From an uncultured Blautia sp. (lineage in GTDB: Bacteria; Bacillota; Clostridia; Lachnospirales; Lachnospiraceae), in the NCBI GenBank assembly GCA_900547685.1, contig URHS01000007.1:137-64136 (forward strand): a DNA stretch of 64,000 nt. The letters are read 5' to 3'. Position 1 is the first letter of the stretch; each line of letters opens with the position of its first letter. The notes under the pieces were generated by a model. That model was not told where the DNA came from and ran no database searches. It was given only the letters and a program-made list of their open reading frames with translations. Position numbers and translations under genes: made by a program. Shown in pieces: positions 1 through 8,600 of the stretch.

Positions 1-3000
1 ATACTCACCCACCGGAATGCGGTCTATAACATGAGGCTTTCCGTCAGACTTCCATGTCTCCACAACATTACCGTCCTTGTCGATAATGGAAAGGGTTGCA
101 TCCTTTAACTCATGCTCCCCGGTAATGTCTGTTTTGGAGATTTCCAGCTTTGTAGGATAGTTCTCAAATTCTGCCTCAAGTTCAATGACCTTCACATCAT
201 CTCCCCGGTAAGAAGCATCCAGTTCAAAAATATCCTCGCCAAGTACATAACCCTTCGGTGCTTCGATTTCCTTCACATAATACTGACCAAGAGGAAGGTC
301 ACTTGTAAATACGCACTTTCCGTCTTTTCCGGTAATAGCCTTCTCTACAAGGGTATCCTTTGCAACAATAACCTTACCGTCTGCATTTACAATGTCCTCT
401 GCCGCATACAGACCGAATACTGCCCCTTCAAGCTCATCTCCGGTTTCAGCATCTATCTTAATGACAGTTACCTGCACTTTCTGTCTCTCGTTGGTAATAT
501 CCATGCCTGCATAGACAACCTTTGTGTTCTGATCCACATAGGATAAATCTGCCTCTATCGGTTCCTCATTCAGAACAAATCCCTCTAAGGTCTTTGTCTC
601 CACAAGGTAATACTTGCCTAATGGCAGATTATCAATGCTTGCAATTCCCTTATCGTTGGTCACGATTTCTGTAACAAGCTCGTCCTTTTCGTAATAAATG
701 GTATCAAGACCGTCAGGACTTACAATGTCCTCTGCTGCGTAGACCTCAAAGGTAACGCCCGCAAGGGATTTCTTGAAGTAGTCAAAGATAAAGTCATACC
801 AGTGTTCCCTGATCAGATTGATGTCGCATAAGAACTCACCGTCTTTATTGATGATAATGGTTCCTGTCGGCACTTCGTCCTCCATCACTACTGTCTGGAC
901 TTCCTCGGTATCTGCAATGGTAAACTGGATTTCTTCTGCCTGCAAATATCCGTAAGGAGCAAATTCTTCACGGAGCGTATAAACCTCTCCTACATGGAGT
1001 CTCTTAATAACGTGTGCCTCTCCTGCAACAGATGTCCATGTGTCAATCACATTTCCCTCTGCGTCAATCACAGAAAGAGTTGCACCGGAAAGCTCCTCGC
1101 CGCTTGTAATGTCTGTCTTTGTGATTTCCACCGTTGTAGGTGTATTGATAAATTCAGACTGTAACTTTACTACCGGAATATCCTGTCCCTGATAAGAAGC
1201 ATCGTAATCCACGATTTCCTCAGAAGATACATAACCTTCCGGAGCTTTTGTCTCTTTTGCATAGTAAGAACCAAGCGGATAGTCCTTAACAAACTCTGCT
1301 TTTCCATCTGTACCGGATATTGCAAGTTCAAGCAGTGTATCTTTCTCAATGATCACTTCACCGTCTGCATTTTCAATATCCTCTGCCGCATATAAGCCAA
1401 ATTCTGCCCCAGCAATGGCAAGCTCTGTTTCCTCATCCAGCTTCAAAACGGATAAGTCCACTTTCTGTCTGTCATTCTCAAATGTCATGCTTTCTTTGAT
1501 GACCGGAGTTCTGTCATCCACATAGGCAAAAGTTACGGTCTGCTCCTCTTTATTCAGAACATATCCGTAAGGAGCTTTTGTTTCCACAACCCTGTAAGTT
1601 CCAAGAGGAATGTCGGAAAGAACTGCCTTTCCGTTTTCATCTGTGACAAGAGTCGCCACCAGATTGCCCTCGCTGTAATACTTTGTACGCTCTCCGTTTT
1701 CGTCCTTCTGGTAGTCGTTGGTATAAATGTCCTCGGCTGCATAGACTGCAAACTCTGCTCCTGCAAGGCTTCCTTCCTTATAGACAAATTCCTTTTCCCC
1801 GCTGTCCGCAAACAGACCGCCTTTGTAGGAATCCAGAACCTCGCCTTTCTTCTCAACAGTCAGCTCACCAACAGCAGGCTGATCCACATAGTCAGCGGTA
1901 ATGATTGCCTCATAGGTGTCAGGATCGGTTTCATAAGCGGTATCTGTATCCACCGCAAAAGTGATATAGTCCTCATTTACCACATATCCATCCGGTGCTG
2001 CCACTTCCTCAATGCGGTAATTACCGAGTTTCAATGTTTCCGGCAGGATTAAGTCCCCGTCCCCATCAGTGAAGAAAGAAGTATGCTTCACTTTTGTAGG
2101 ATAAGTGGTGTACTGCACAACATATTCCTTTGTGTCCAGATTGTAAATCTTAAACTCAGCATTTGGAACAAGCACCGTCTGTCCGGTCTTGCTGTCCTTT
2201 TTTACGATACGGAGCTTTGCTGTAAATTCACGGTCAATGAATACTCTCCACATCTGTGGCTCGGTAGGGTGGTTCTCTGTGATGTGAACCTCAAAAGGCT
2301 TGATTTCCTTTACATTGTGAGGTACTACCGTTTCCACAACCACATAGGTTCCGTAAGGAATAGGCTGTGTCACCAGATGCCCCTTGCTGTCCGTATAAAG
2401 GGTTGTTTCCCCGTTTGAACCAATCACAACAGGATTTGCACTGTCAAAGTCATAGCTTCCATCTTCCTTTACGGTTAATGAAGATTTGAGATAGGCGGTA
2501 AAACCTGCACCCTCTAAAAGCGGTGCTTCCGTATCCTCTCCGTTGTCAGAAACCTTAATGAGCTGGAAGGGCTGCTTATACACCTGTTCCTCGGACTTTG
2601 TACTTCTTGCCACTTCCGGTACTAAATCGCCCTCATAGTCACACACCACATCATGCTCTGCCTCGTCTAACAGATACCCTTCCGGTGCCTGAATTTCCTT
2701 CAGATAATACTTTCCAAGATAAAGGTTGTTAATCTCGGCTTCCGCATTTTCATCGGTTGTAATGGTTGCAACAAGATCGCCTGCCTTAAAGATAACTCCG
2801 GTTGCACCATCGGGATGCACGATATCCTCTCTTGCATATACTCCGTAAACTGCCCCTGTCAGGCTTGCATCTCCCTGTGGAACTGCTTTTCCTGTTTCCT
2901 TATCCACTTTGTAAAGATGGATTTTGGCTGTGGTATGGTCGTTTTCAAAAGTATGGGCAAAGGATGCACTTGCCGTTGTCTCTGACAGATAATTGAAATT

Positions 3001-4815
3001 GAAGGAATAAATATCCTCCGAATTTCTGATATATCCGTAAGGAGCCTGAGTTTCGGAAACATAATAACTGTTTGCAATCGGCAAATCTACGGTAAATGCT
3101 GCATTTCCGTCCTCTCCTGTTGTAATGGTCTGCAAAGCTGTACCCTTTGTTACAATCACACTGCCATCATAATTTTTAATGTCATTTCCGGCATACAGAG
3201 TGTACTTTCCTCCGTCCAGAGGATTTTCCGTATCGGCATCCTTCTTTGTCACGCTGACAGCAGCTTTCTGTCTGTTGTTGTAAATGCTAGTTGCCTCATA
3301 CTGTACCTCTACGGTCTGATCCTTGTACTCAATGTTGACTGTCTGAGATGTGGTATTGATGGTATATCCGTTAATGCTTGCGGTTTCTGTTACCACATAG
3401 GTTCCTAAATGAAGGTTGGATAACAGCACCTTTCCGTCATTTCCGGTCACAAGGTTTTCCGCAATCAGATCACCCTTGTTATACACCTTTGTACCATCCG
3501 CCTTGTAAATATCCGCACCGGCTGTTACCTTGAAGGTCGCTCCCGGCAGCTTTCTCGTTTCGTAAGTGAAGTTGGAACCGTTCCACCCGGTCAGAACTTC
3601 TCCTTCCTTGTAAATGGTAATGGCTCCAAGCTGCTCCTTGTCTGTGGCATTGACGGTTGTTGTCTTGCCCGCCTTTACCTGCAAGGTATGAACCTTGTCA
3701 CTTACCACATACTTATTCGGTGCAGTGATTTCCTTCATATAATAGGTTCCCGCTACCAATGCCCCGGACTTTGCATAACCATTCTTGTCTGTGGTAATGG
3801 TCTGCACAAGATTTTTGCAGGAGCTATCAGAATAGATTCCGTACACCGCTCCGGCTAAGTTTACTCCACTTGCTTCATCCTTTTTGTAAAGCTCGCCATA
3901 TCCGATATTCTCTGTTTTTACCTTGATGTAGGCAGGGAGCGGATCACCATGCGGAACTTCTGACACGAACTCCTGATCCCCGGAATTTCCGGTCAGCCAG
4001 AACACACAGCTTCCGGTCACTTCTACCTTACCGCTGTTTGAGGTAAATGTGCCTGTTGTGTCATTTGTATTAACCTCTGACGAATAAATGGTAAGGCTGT
4101 TTCCATTCCTGCTTGTACTATATCCGCTGAGTGACAGGTCAAACTCGGACAGTACCCCGTTGCTGTCTGTCAAAGTGGTTTCAAATCTCTGGTTCGTCTC
4201 ATTCCATTTCAGCTCATAGGTCGGAGCCTGACTTTTTCTGGAAGCTGCAAAGCTGGGAATGACAGCATTGATACCCGCATCAATGTTACTCTTTAAGGTC
4301 GCATAATACTGATATGACGCTGTTGGGTTTGGTGCTGTGTCACACAGTTTCTTTGCTGCGGAATCCGCACTTGCTGTCCCGTAAATGCCTTTCTCGATAA
4401 TCCACACCATCGACTGCGTTGCAATGTACTGATTGCACTGGTCATTGCTCGGTGCCGATGTACTTGTGGATGAAAAGCCATAGTACAGGCAGTATCTTAA
4501 ATATAGAGCCTGCGTATCGGTAAGGCTTGTGCTGGAATTATCATAGCTGTTCATAAGCTGCCCGCCTTTGGCTGCCAGACCAAAGTTCATACAATAAGCG
4601 GAATGCCCGTCAATCATGGCATACAATACCTTTCCATGACTGTATCCTGCCTTTAACTCACTTACCTCCCCGGAATCCTTTGTGGAAGCATACCAGAATG
4701 AGATATTTGCACTGGCACTTGCGGCAAATGCAGTTGTCCCATTGGTAAACAGAGAAGTGAATACCGTTAAGACAGCAAGCAGACCTGCCATCCATCTTTT
4801 AAACTTCTGCTTCAT
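1..4815 (-). CDS. Giant surface adhesin: N-terminal thioester domain (TED) plus many SpaA/CnaB isopeptide repeats; 3'-partial, >1605 aa
   Basis: Absent from ORF track (no stop in window). RBS AGGAGG at 4821-4826, ATG 4815; signal peptide MKQKFKRWMAGLLAVLTVFTSLF...AFA; AYCMN and ATQSMVW motifs; repeated KxD..L.GA.F / G.Y...E..AP.GY modules; frame open to position 1. Confidence 0.92.
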   Translation of the reverse strand, partial: MKQKFKRWMAGLLAVLTVFTSLFTNGTTAFAASASANISFWYASTKDSGEVSELKAGYSHGKVLYAMIDGHSAYCMNFGLAAKGGQLMNSYDNSSTSLTDTQALYLRYCLYYGFSSTSTSAPSNDQCNQYIATQSMVWIIEKGIYGTASADSAAKKLCDTAPNPTASYQYYATLKSNIDAGINAVIPSFAASRKSQAPTYELKWNETNQRFETTLTDSNGVLSEFDLSLSGYSTSRNGNSLTIYSSEVNTNDTTGTFTSNSGKVEVTGSCVFWLTGNSGDQEFVSEVPHGDPLPAYIKVKTENIGYGELYKKDEASGVNLAGAVYGIYSDSSCKNLVQTITTDKNGYAKSGALVAGTYYMKEITAPNKYVVSDKVHTLQVKAGKTTTVNATDKEQLGAITIYKEGEVLTGWNGSNFTYETRKLPGATFKVTAGADIYKADGTKVYNKGDLIAENLVTGNDGKVLLSNLHLGTYVVTETASINGYTINTTSQTVNIEYKDQTVEVQYEATSIYNNRQKAAVSVTKKDADTENPLDGGKYTLYAGNDIKNYDGSVIVTKGTALQTITTGEDGNAAFTVDLPIANSYYVSETQAPYGYIRNSEDIYSFNFNYLSETTASASFAHTFENDHTTAKIHLYKVDKETGKAVPQGDASLTGAVYGVYAREDIVHPDGATGVIFKAGDLVATITTDENAEAEINNLYLGKYYLKEIQAPEGYLLDEAEHDVVCDYEGDLVPEVARSTKSEEQVYKQPFQLIKVSDNGEDTEAPLLEGAGFTAYLKSSLTVKEDGSYDFDSANPVVIGSNGETTLYTDSKGHLVTQPIPYGTYVVVETVVPHNVKEIKPFEVHITENHPTEPQMWRVFIDREFTAKLRIVKKDSKTGQTVLVPNAEFKIYNLDTKEYVVQYTTYPTKVKHTSFFTDGDGDLILPETLKLGNYRIEEVAAPDGYVVNEDYITFAVDTDTAYETDPDTYEAIITADYVDQPAVGELTVEKKGEVLDSYKGGLFADSGEKEFVYKEGSLAGAEFAVYAAEDIYTNDYQKDENGERTKYYSEGNLVATLVTDENGKAVLSDIPLGTYRVVETKAPYGYVLNKEEQTVTFAYVDDRTPVIKESMTFENDRQKVDLSVLKLDEETELAIAGAEFGLYAAEDIENADGEVIIEKDTLLELAISGTDGKAEFVKDYPLGSYYAKETKAPEGYVSSEEIVDYDASYQGQDIPVVKLQSEFINTPTTVEITKTDITSGEELSGATLSVIDAEGNVIDTWTSVAGEAHVIKRLHVGEVYTLREEFAPYGYLQAEEIQFTIADTEEVQTVVMEDEVPTGTIIINKDGEFLCDINLIREHWYDFIFDYFKKSLAGVTFEVYAAEDIVSPDGLDTIYYEKDELVTEIVTNDKGIASIDNLPLGKYYLVETKTLEGFVLNEEPIEADLSYVDQNTKVVYAGMDITNERQKVQVTVIKIDAETGDELEGAVFGLYAAEDIVNADGKVIVAKDTLVEKAITGKDGKCVFTSDLPLGQYYVKEIEAPKGYVLGEDIFELDASYRGDDVKVIELEAEFENYPTKLEISKTDITGEHELKDATLSIIDKDGNVVETWKSDGKPHVIDRIPVGEY

Positions 4816-4832
4816 AATGTCCTCCTGATTTT

Positions 4833-4872
4833 GGGCATGAAAAAAGCAGGTCTTTTTCAGCCTGCTTTTTTC
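4833..4872 (-). terminator. Intrinsic terminator-like hairpin directly upstream of the adhesin RBS
   Basis: GAAAAAAGCAGG-N10-CCTGCTTTTTTC inverted repeat with T-tracts on both strands. Confidence 0.7.
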
Positions 4873-4891
4873 ATACTTCTTATTCTCTTTT

Positions 4892-5686
4892 TTATGCCCG
4901 GTAACAATAGAACACATAGCACTCTTTATCTCCATACATCACCGTTCCGTGGTATTCGATATAGAAATACTGCTGTGGAAGTGAGCTGTACATTCCTGCT
5001 ATATTCGCTGCAATGTCATCCTCACTGTTAAATTTGACCGTACCGCTGACATCCCTTGCTTCATTCAAATCCGTTGCCACATAAAACTCAAGGTATCCTG
5101 CCCCGTCTGTCGGATAACAGTCATTGTAATCCTCCTGCGTAATGGTTCCCTCTGCAAGCATCCAGTCAAGGTCATCGGGAATATAGATCTTCCCGGCTGC
5201 TTTCGTCTTTTCCGTTGCAAGCTGAACAACCCTCTGCGGACTGTAAGAAACCGGCTCCGGCTGTGACGGCTGCTGCGGTTCCTGTGGTGTCTGCGGTTCC
5301 TGTGGTGCCTCCGGTTCCGGCTCCGGCTTGGTATCCGGTTCGGTTGTCTGAGGTTTAGACGGTTCATTCTGTGCATTACTCTGGTTCTGTGAGTCCTGCT
5401 CTTTTTCTGTTGCAGAGGAAGTCTGTCCCTCTGAACTATTGTCTTTTTCCTTGTCATCCTCTGCCGTGGCACTTTCCTCCGGTTCCGTGGATTCCTGTGT
5501 TTCCTCCGGCTGCCCTGTCACAGTTTCCGTTTCTTTTTCCTCAGAAATATCTTCCAAAGCCTCTAAAACCGTCTGCGTTTCTGTCTCCACATTCTGTTCT
5601 TCTGTTACCTGATTTTCCTTTCCCCCGCATCCTGCAAGAAGCAGGATGGTTACGGATAAAAGGAGAAATAATCTTTGTTTCCTCAT
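4892..5686 (-). CDS. Lipoprotein with acidic/Pro-rich linker and C-terminal globular domain
   Basis: MRKQRLFLLLSVTILLLAGC lipobox; E/T/P-rich stalk (PEPEPEAPQEPQTPQEP); start reassigned to ATG 5686. Confidence 0.85.
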   Translation of the reverse strand: MRKQRLFLLLSVTILLLAGCGGKENQVTEEQNVETETQTVLEALEDISEEKETETVTGQPEETQESTEPEESATAEDDKEKDNSSEGQTSSATEKEQDSQNQSNAQNEPSKPQTTEPDTKPEPEPEAPQEPQTPQEPQQPSQPEPVSYSPQRVVQLATEKTKAAGKIYIPDDLDWMLAEGTITQEDYNDCYPTDGAGYLEFYVATDLNEARDVSGTVKFNSEDDIAANIAGMYSSLPQQYFYIEYHGTVMYGDKECYVFYCYRA

Positions 5687-5693
5687 AATACCA

Positions 5694-5808
5694 CCTGTCC
5701 TCTCTCCAACGAGGGACAGGCTTACGTTCCATAAACTGCCCTGCCGCATCTGCGGCATTACCCTCGTGGGTAAACTGTATTTATCTGTATCTGCAATTTA
5801 CGGAACGC
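5694..5808 (-). ncRNA. Candidate cis-regulatory structured RNA (three-way junction plus RBS-sequestering hairpin)
   Basis: 15-bp outer stem 5793-5807/5725-5739, fully paired on the minus strand through two G-U pairs; inner hairpins 5742-5757 and 5758-5773; hairpin 5694-5720 abuts the lipoprotein start. Confidence 0.55.
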
Positions 5809-5869
5809 CTCTGATCAGCTCTCTTAATCTGCTCCAAAGAGCTAAGGGACTGTCCCGTATTCTGTTCAT
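5798..5869 (-). CDS. 23-aa micro-ORF MNRIRDSPLALWSRLRELIRGVP (possible leader peptide)
   Basis: RBS CAGGAGG just upstream; stop codon lies inside the 5' arm of the structured RNA. Confidence 0.45.
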   Translation of the reverse strand: MNRIRDSPLALWSRLRELIRGVP

Positions 5870-5881
5870 TTCATCCTCCTG

Positions 5882-5971
5882 CTATTGTACCATGATTCTG
5901 TTGTAGTATGCCATCAATCTTCTCGCTCTGGCATTCTTTCTGTACGCCTGATAAAACTTATATCTGAACAT
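5882..5971 (-). CDS. 29-aa basic micro-protein MFRYKFYQAYRKNARARRLMAYYNRIMVQ
   Basis: Strong RBS GAAAGGAGGTG before ATG; packed between neighbouring ORFs. Confidence 0.6.
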   Translation of the reverse strand: MFRYKFYQAYRKNARARRLMAYYNRIMVQ

Positions 5972-5988
5972 AACAGACACCTCCTTTC

Positions 5989-6168
5989 CTAATCACCGAC
6001 AGACACACCGACCAAGGATAGTACCACTCTTGCGACCAGTGCAAGCAGGAGCAGAAACAACTTTAATCCCATGCACAACAGTTTCAATATCATAAGTACC
6101 GCATGAAGCAGCCCTTTCAGTATGGTAAGTAATACCACGCCTGTCTTTCTCAAAATCATTCCTGCCAT
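5989..6168 (-). CDS. 59-aa hydrophobic membrane protein MAGMILRKTGVVLLTILKGLLHAV...LVGVSVGD
   Basis: RBS AAAGGAGG; almost entirely hydrophobic; below ORF-track cutoff. Confidence 0.7.
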   Translation of the reverse strand: MAGMILRKTGVVLLTILKGLLHAVLMILKLLCMGLKLFLLLLALVARVVLSLVGVSVGD

Positions 6169-6186
6169 AAATAGTCCTCCTTTCCA

Positions 6187-6609
6187 CTAGCCCCATGATG
6201 AAGCAAGTCCCAATGTTGTTTCGTCTGCCTCTGTCTCAATTTCTCTGTCCGTCTGCTCTGCCACTGCCCTTTCAGGTACAGTCTGCGGCATCTGAATGAT
6301 CTTTCCGCCTGCGAGAGCTGTCCCCAGCGTAACAATGACTTCTCTTTGCAGCTCGTCCTTGATTTCCCTTCGTATCTGTTCCAGTTCCTCTCGCCTGACA
6401 TACAGACATTCTCCCGTCTGCTCCGGCTCCTTTGTCAGCTCATTTCCTGCGAGGCGGCTGATATAACTGTCTGCCGCATCTATCAGGAACTGGTTGACTG
6501 ATTTATGAACATCGGTATTCAGTTCAGCTAAAACCGAATGTACCCGTCTGTGCTGTTCATTATCCAGATTCATTCTGAGGTTGTGATATACAATATTTCC
6601 TTTGCCCAT
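6187..6609 (-). CDS. Putative ParR-like centromere-binding adaptor
   Basis: Immediately downstream of ParM; N-terminal beta-alpha-alpha (RHH-like) pattern, acidic tail. Confidence 0.6.
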   Translation of the reverse strand: MGKGNIVYHNLRMNLDNEQHRRVHSVLAELNTDVHKSVNQFLIDAADSYISRLAGNELTKEPEQTGECLYVRREELEQIRREIKDELQREVIVTLGTALAGGKIIQMPQTVPERAVAEQTDREIETEADETTLGLASSWG

Positions 6610-6615
6610 CTACAA

Positions 6616-7548
6616 TCACCCCAATCCAAACTCTTTTTTGTGGGTGGAAAGATACAGCTTTCCAAGATATTCATATCCTTTAGCATTTGCCTTTACATCC
6701 TCGATATACTGGATATTGTTACCCTCATAGCTTCCATAACGCTTCACCACGGTTGCACCACCGCCTACAAAGACGATTTCCGTCACATCAAGGGTATATC
6801 CATGCTCTAAAAGAATGTTGTAAACCTTTTCCACATAGGCTCTGAGGGCATCCTCCACAATCGTCATGTACTTCTGTGGCAGCTTATCGTTCTTTCCGTT
6901 TCTCATGACCTCCTGTATATCTTCCCCGGAAAGTTCCCTGCCATACTGCCTCATACATTCCTCGTTGATGGTTCTCATGCACTTGATCAGTCCCTCCCGG
7001 ATTGTGATGCACTCTGCTTCATTTGGAGCGGAATCTTCAATCGGCATAATGTCAATCGTCCAGCTTCCTATATCCACGACTACCACCCTTTTCGGGAGAG
7101 TCTTCATTCTGTCGGCAACTGCCGCATAGCACTGAGGAAATACCGATACCCTTGCAATGTTCATCCGGTACTGCTCGTTGTCAAACCGGAAGGTCACTTC
7201 CTTATTTCTTGATAAGTAGTCGATGAAGTCCTGCTTTTCTGCTCCAAAACGGGTGAGCGGTAACCCAACGGATAAAAGAACATTTGCATTTCTCATTCCC
7301 CGTCTGTTCAGCTCTTTTGCCACCGCTGCCAGCGTAAGCAGATAGAAGTTGTCATTTTCGACTTTCAAGTCCCTTACCTCTAATCTTCTGCCGCCTACCT
7401 TATAGTAGGAACCGTTGTACTCCACCACGTTGTTAAAAAACGCAGGCTCCGTTGTGATCTCCTTTACTCCGGTGGTAAATACCTGACTGACCGTTTTCAT
7501 GCCGGACCAGCCGTGGTCGATTCCGATTACTTCAATATGTCTATCCAT
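6616..7548 (-). CDS. parM: ParM/StbA-family actin-like ATPase
   Basis: Actin-fold motifs GIDHGWSGMKT, VDIGSWTID, FVGGGA, ANAKG; start ATG 7548 with CAGGAGG RBS. Confidence 0.88.
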   Translation of the reverse strand: MDRHIEVIGIDHGWSGMKTVSQVFTTGVKEITTEPAFFNNVVEYNGSYYKVGGRRLEVRDLKVENDNFYLLTLAAVAKELNRRGMRNANVLLSVGLPLTRFGAEKQDFIDYLSRNKEVTFRFDNEQYRMNIARVSVFPQCYAAVADRMKTLPKRVVVVDIGSWTIDIMPIEDSAPNEAECITIREGLIKCMRTINEECMRQYGRELSGEDIQEVMRNGKNDKLPQKYMTIVEDALRAYVEKVYNILLEHGYTLDVTEIVFVGGGATVVKRYGSYEGNNIQYIEDVKANAKGYEYLGKLYLSTHKKEFGLG

Positions 7549-7864
7549 CTTTCTTTTCCTCCTGTTCAAAAACAATTTCTTTCTCATGCTCCTTTTCCTC
7601 TGTTCCAAGCAGCTTTTTCATACATGGAAAACAGTATCTTTCTGACTGTCTGTACGGACACCCGATACATTCATCTTCCTTTTTCTGCTCCACTGCTTTA
7701 GGCTGTGCGTCCTCTTTTACACATTTCTTTGCTATACACTGTCTGTTGTTTCCGTAGAAGAACCTGCACCGCATACAGCTTCTCAAATCTCTTTCTAACT
7801 TTGCCTGTACTTCAATAACATCTAAAGGCTTTGGAGATTTCTGTACCCTGACGTTAATTCCCAC
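7541..7864 (-). CDS. Cys-rich hypothetical protein (probable metal-binding)
   Basis: CMRC..C....C and CIGC...CFPC; probable GTG start overlapping the upstream micro-ORF. Confidence 0.7.
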   Translation of the reverse strand: MGINVRVQKSPKPLDVIEVQAKLERDLRSCMRCRFFYGNNRQCIAKKCVKEDAQPKAVEQKKEDECIGCPYRQSERYCFPCMKKLLGTEEKEHEKEIVFEQEEKKDG

Positions 7865-7997
7865 TTGAGCCACCCGCCTCTCTCTCGGCGGTAAGCCTCT
7901 GGATTTCCTCAAGTTTACGGTCTGCCATTCCTGCCGACCTGATCAGCGCATAAAACACTAACCCTACAAGTGCTGTCAATATCCCTATTCCTATCAT
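7854..7997 (-). CDS. 47-aa single-pass membrane micro-protein MIGIGILTALVGLVFYALIRSAGMADRKLEE...
   Basis: ATGA overlap with the stop of the upstream gene; N-terminal TM helix. Confidence 0.65.
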   Translation of the reverse strand: MIGIGILTALVGLVFYALIRSAGMADRKLEEIQRLTAEREAGGSSGN

Positions 7998-8386
7998 CTG
8001 CCGCCCCTCCCCGACTGTTCCTGCTTCTTTCTCTGTTCTTCCTCCATCCTCTCTACATACTCCCGAATATCAATCAGATCTTCTAAGTCGTAGATTTTGG
8101 AACACATGGCATTCTCAATGTTTTCCGGGGTACACTCACCATGCTCGGTAAGTGCCGCTATTACTTTCTGCTTTATTTCTTCCTGCACATCATCCGGCAT
8201 AGCTGTTATATAATATGGCGGCAGATAGGAAACCTCTGTCTGAACCTCCTTTTCATACTCGTAACTTTTCTCAAAATCACTAATGAATTTTTCTTTTACC
8301 AAGATTGCTCTTGTCTTGTTCTCCTCACTGGCTAACTCCACCAGCTCGTCCATGAACTGAATTAACTCTCGCTTTGTCATTGCCAT
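7994..8386 (-). CDS. Acidic hypothetical protein, first gene of the element operon
   Basis: 130-aa ORF with AAAGGAGG RBS. Confidence 0.75.
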   Translation of the reverse strand: MAMTKRELIQFMDELVELASEENKTRAILVKEKFISDFEKSYEYEKEVQTEVSYLPPYYITAMPDDVQEEIKQKVIAALTEHGECTPENIENAMCSKIYDLEDLIDIREYVERMEEEQRKKQEQSGRGGR

Positions 8387-8397
8387 CCTCCTTTTTC

Positions 8398-8464
8398 GGG
8401 CAAAAAAAGTAGGACTATATTAGCAATGCCGGATAAACCGTCTTAAGAGCTAATTCAGTCCTAC
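8398..8464 (-). terminator. Long hairpin plus U-tract (TAGGACT/AGTCCTA family, copy 2)
   Basis: GTAGGACT 8409-8416/AGTCCTAC 8457-8464; inner ATTAGC/GCTAAT; T7 then GCCC and RBS on the minus strand. Confidence 0.65.
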
Positions 8465-8600
8465 ATGAATTGTAATATTAAATTCCACCTCGCATTCTAA
8501 TAAAAGCCAAAGTTCGACCATATCAGGTATCGACTATTATCTGACTTTTTGAAATGTAGGTTTTTGATTGTAAACGACGTCGTCCTAACCTTAACCTCAT

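Noticed and set aside
112..4481. Short ORF-track entries within 1-4815
   Set aside because: Antisense or off-frame shadows of the large adhesin ORF
5250..5345. Short tandem repeats in the lipoprotein gene
   Set aside because: Explained by a PE/PQ low-complexity linker
5694..5830. Structured region as a hammerhead ribozyme or c-di-GMP riboswitch
   Set aside because: CUGAUCA is present but not the CUGANGA/GAAA core arrangement; no recognisable GEMM motif
8523..8600. 25-aa Arg-rich ORF MRLRLGRRRLQ... and palindrome ACGACGTCGT as gene, oriT or parC
   Set aside because: No RBS; a single 10-bp palindrome is insufficient evidence
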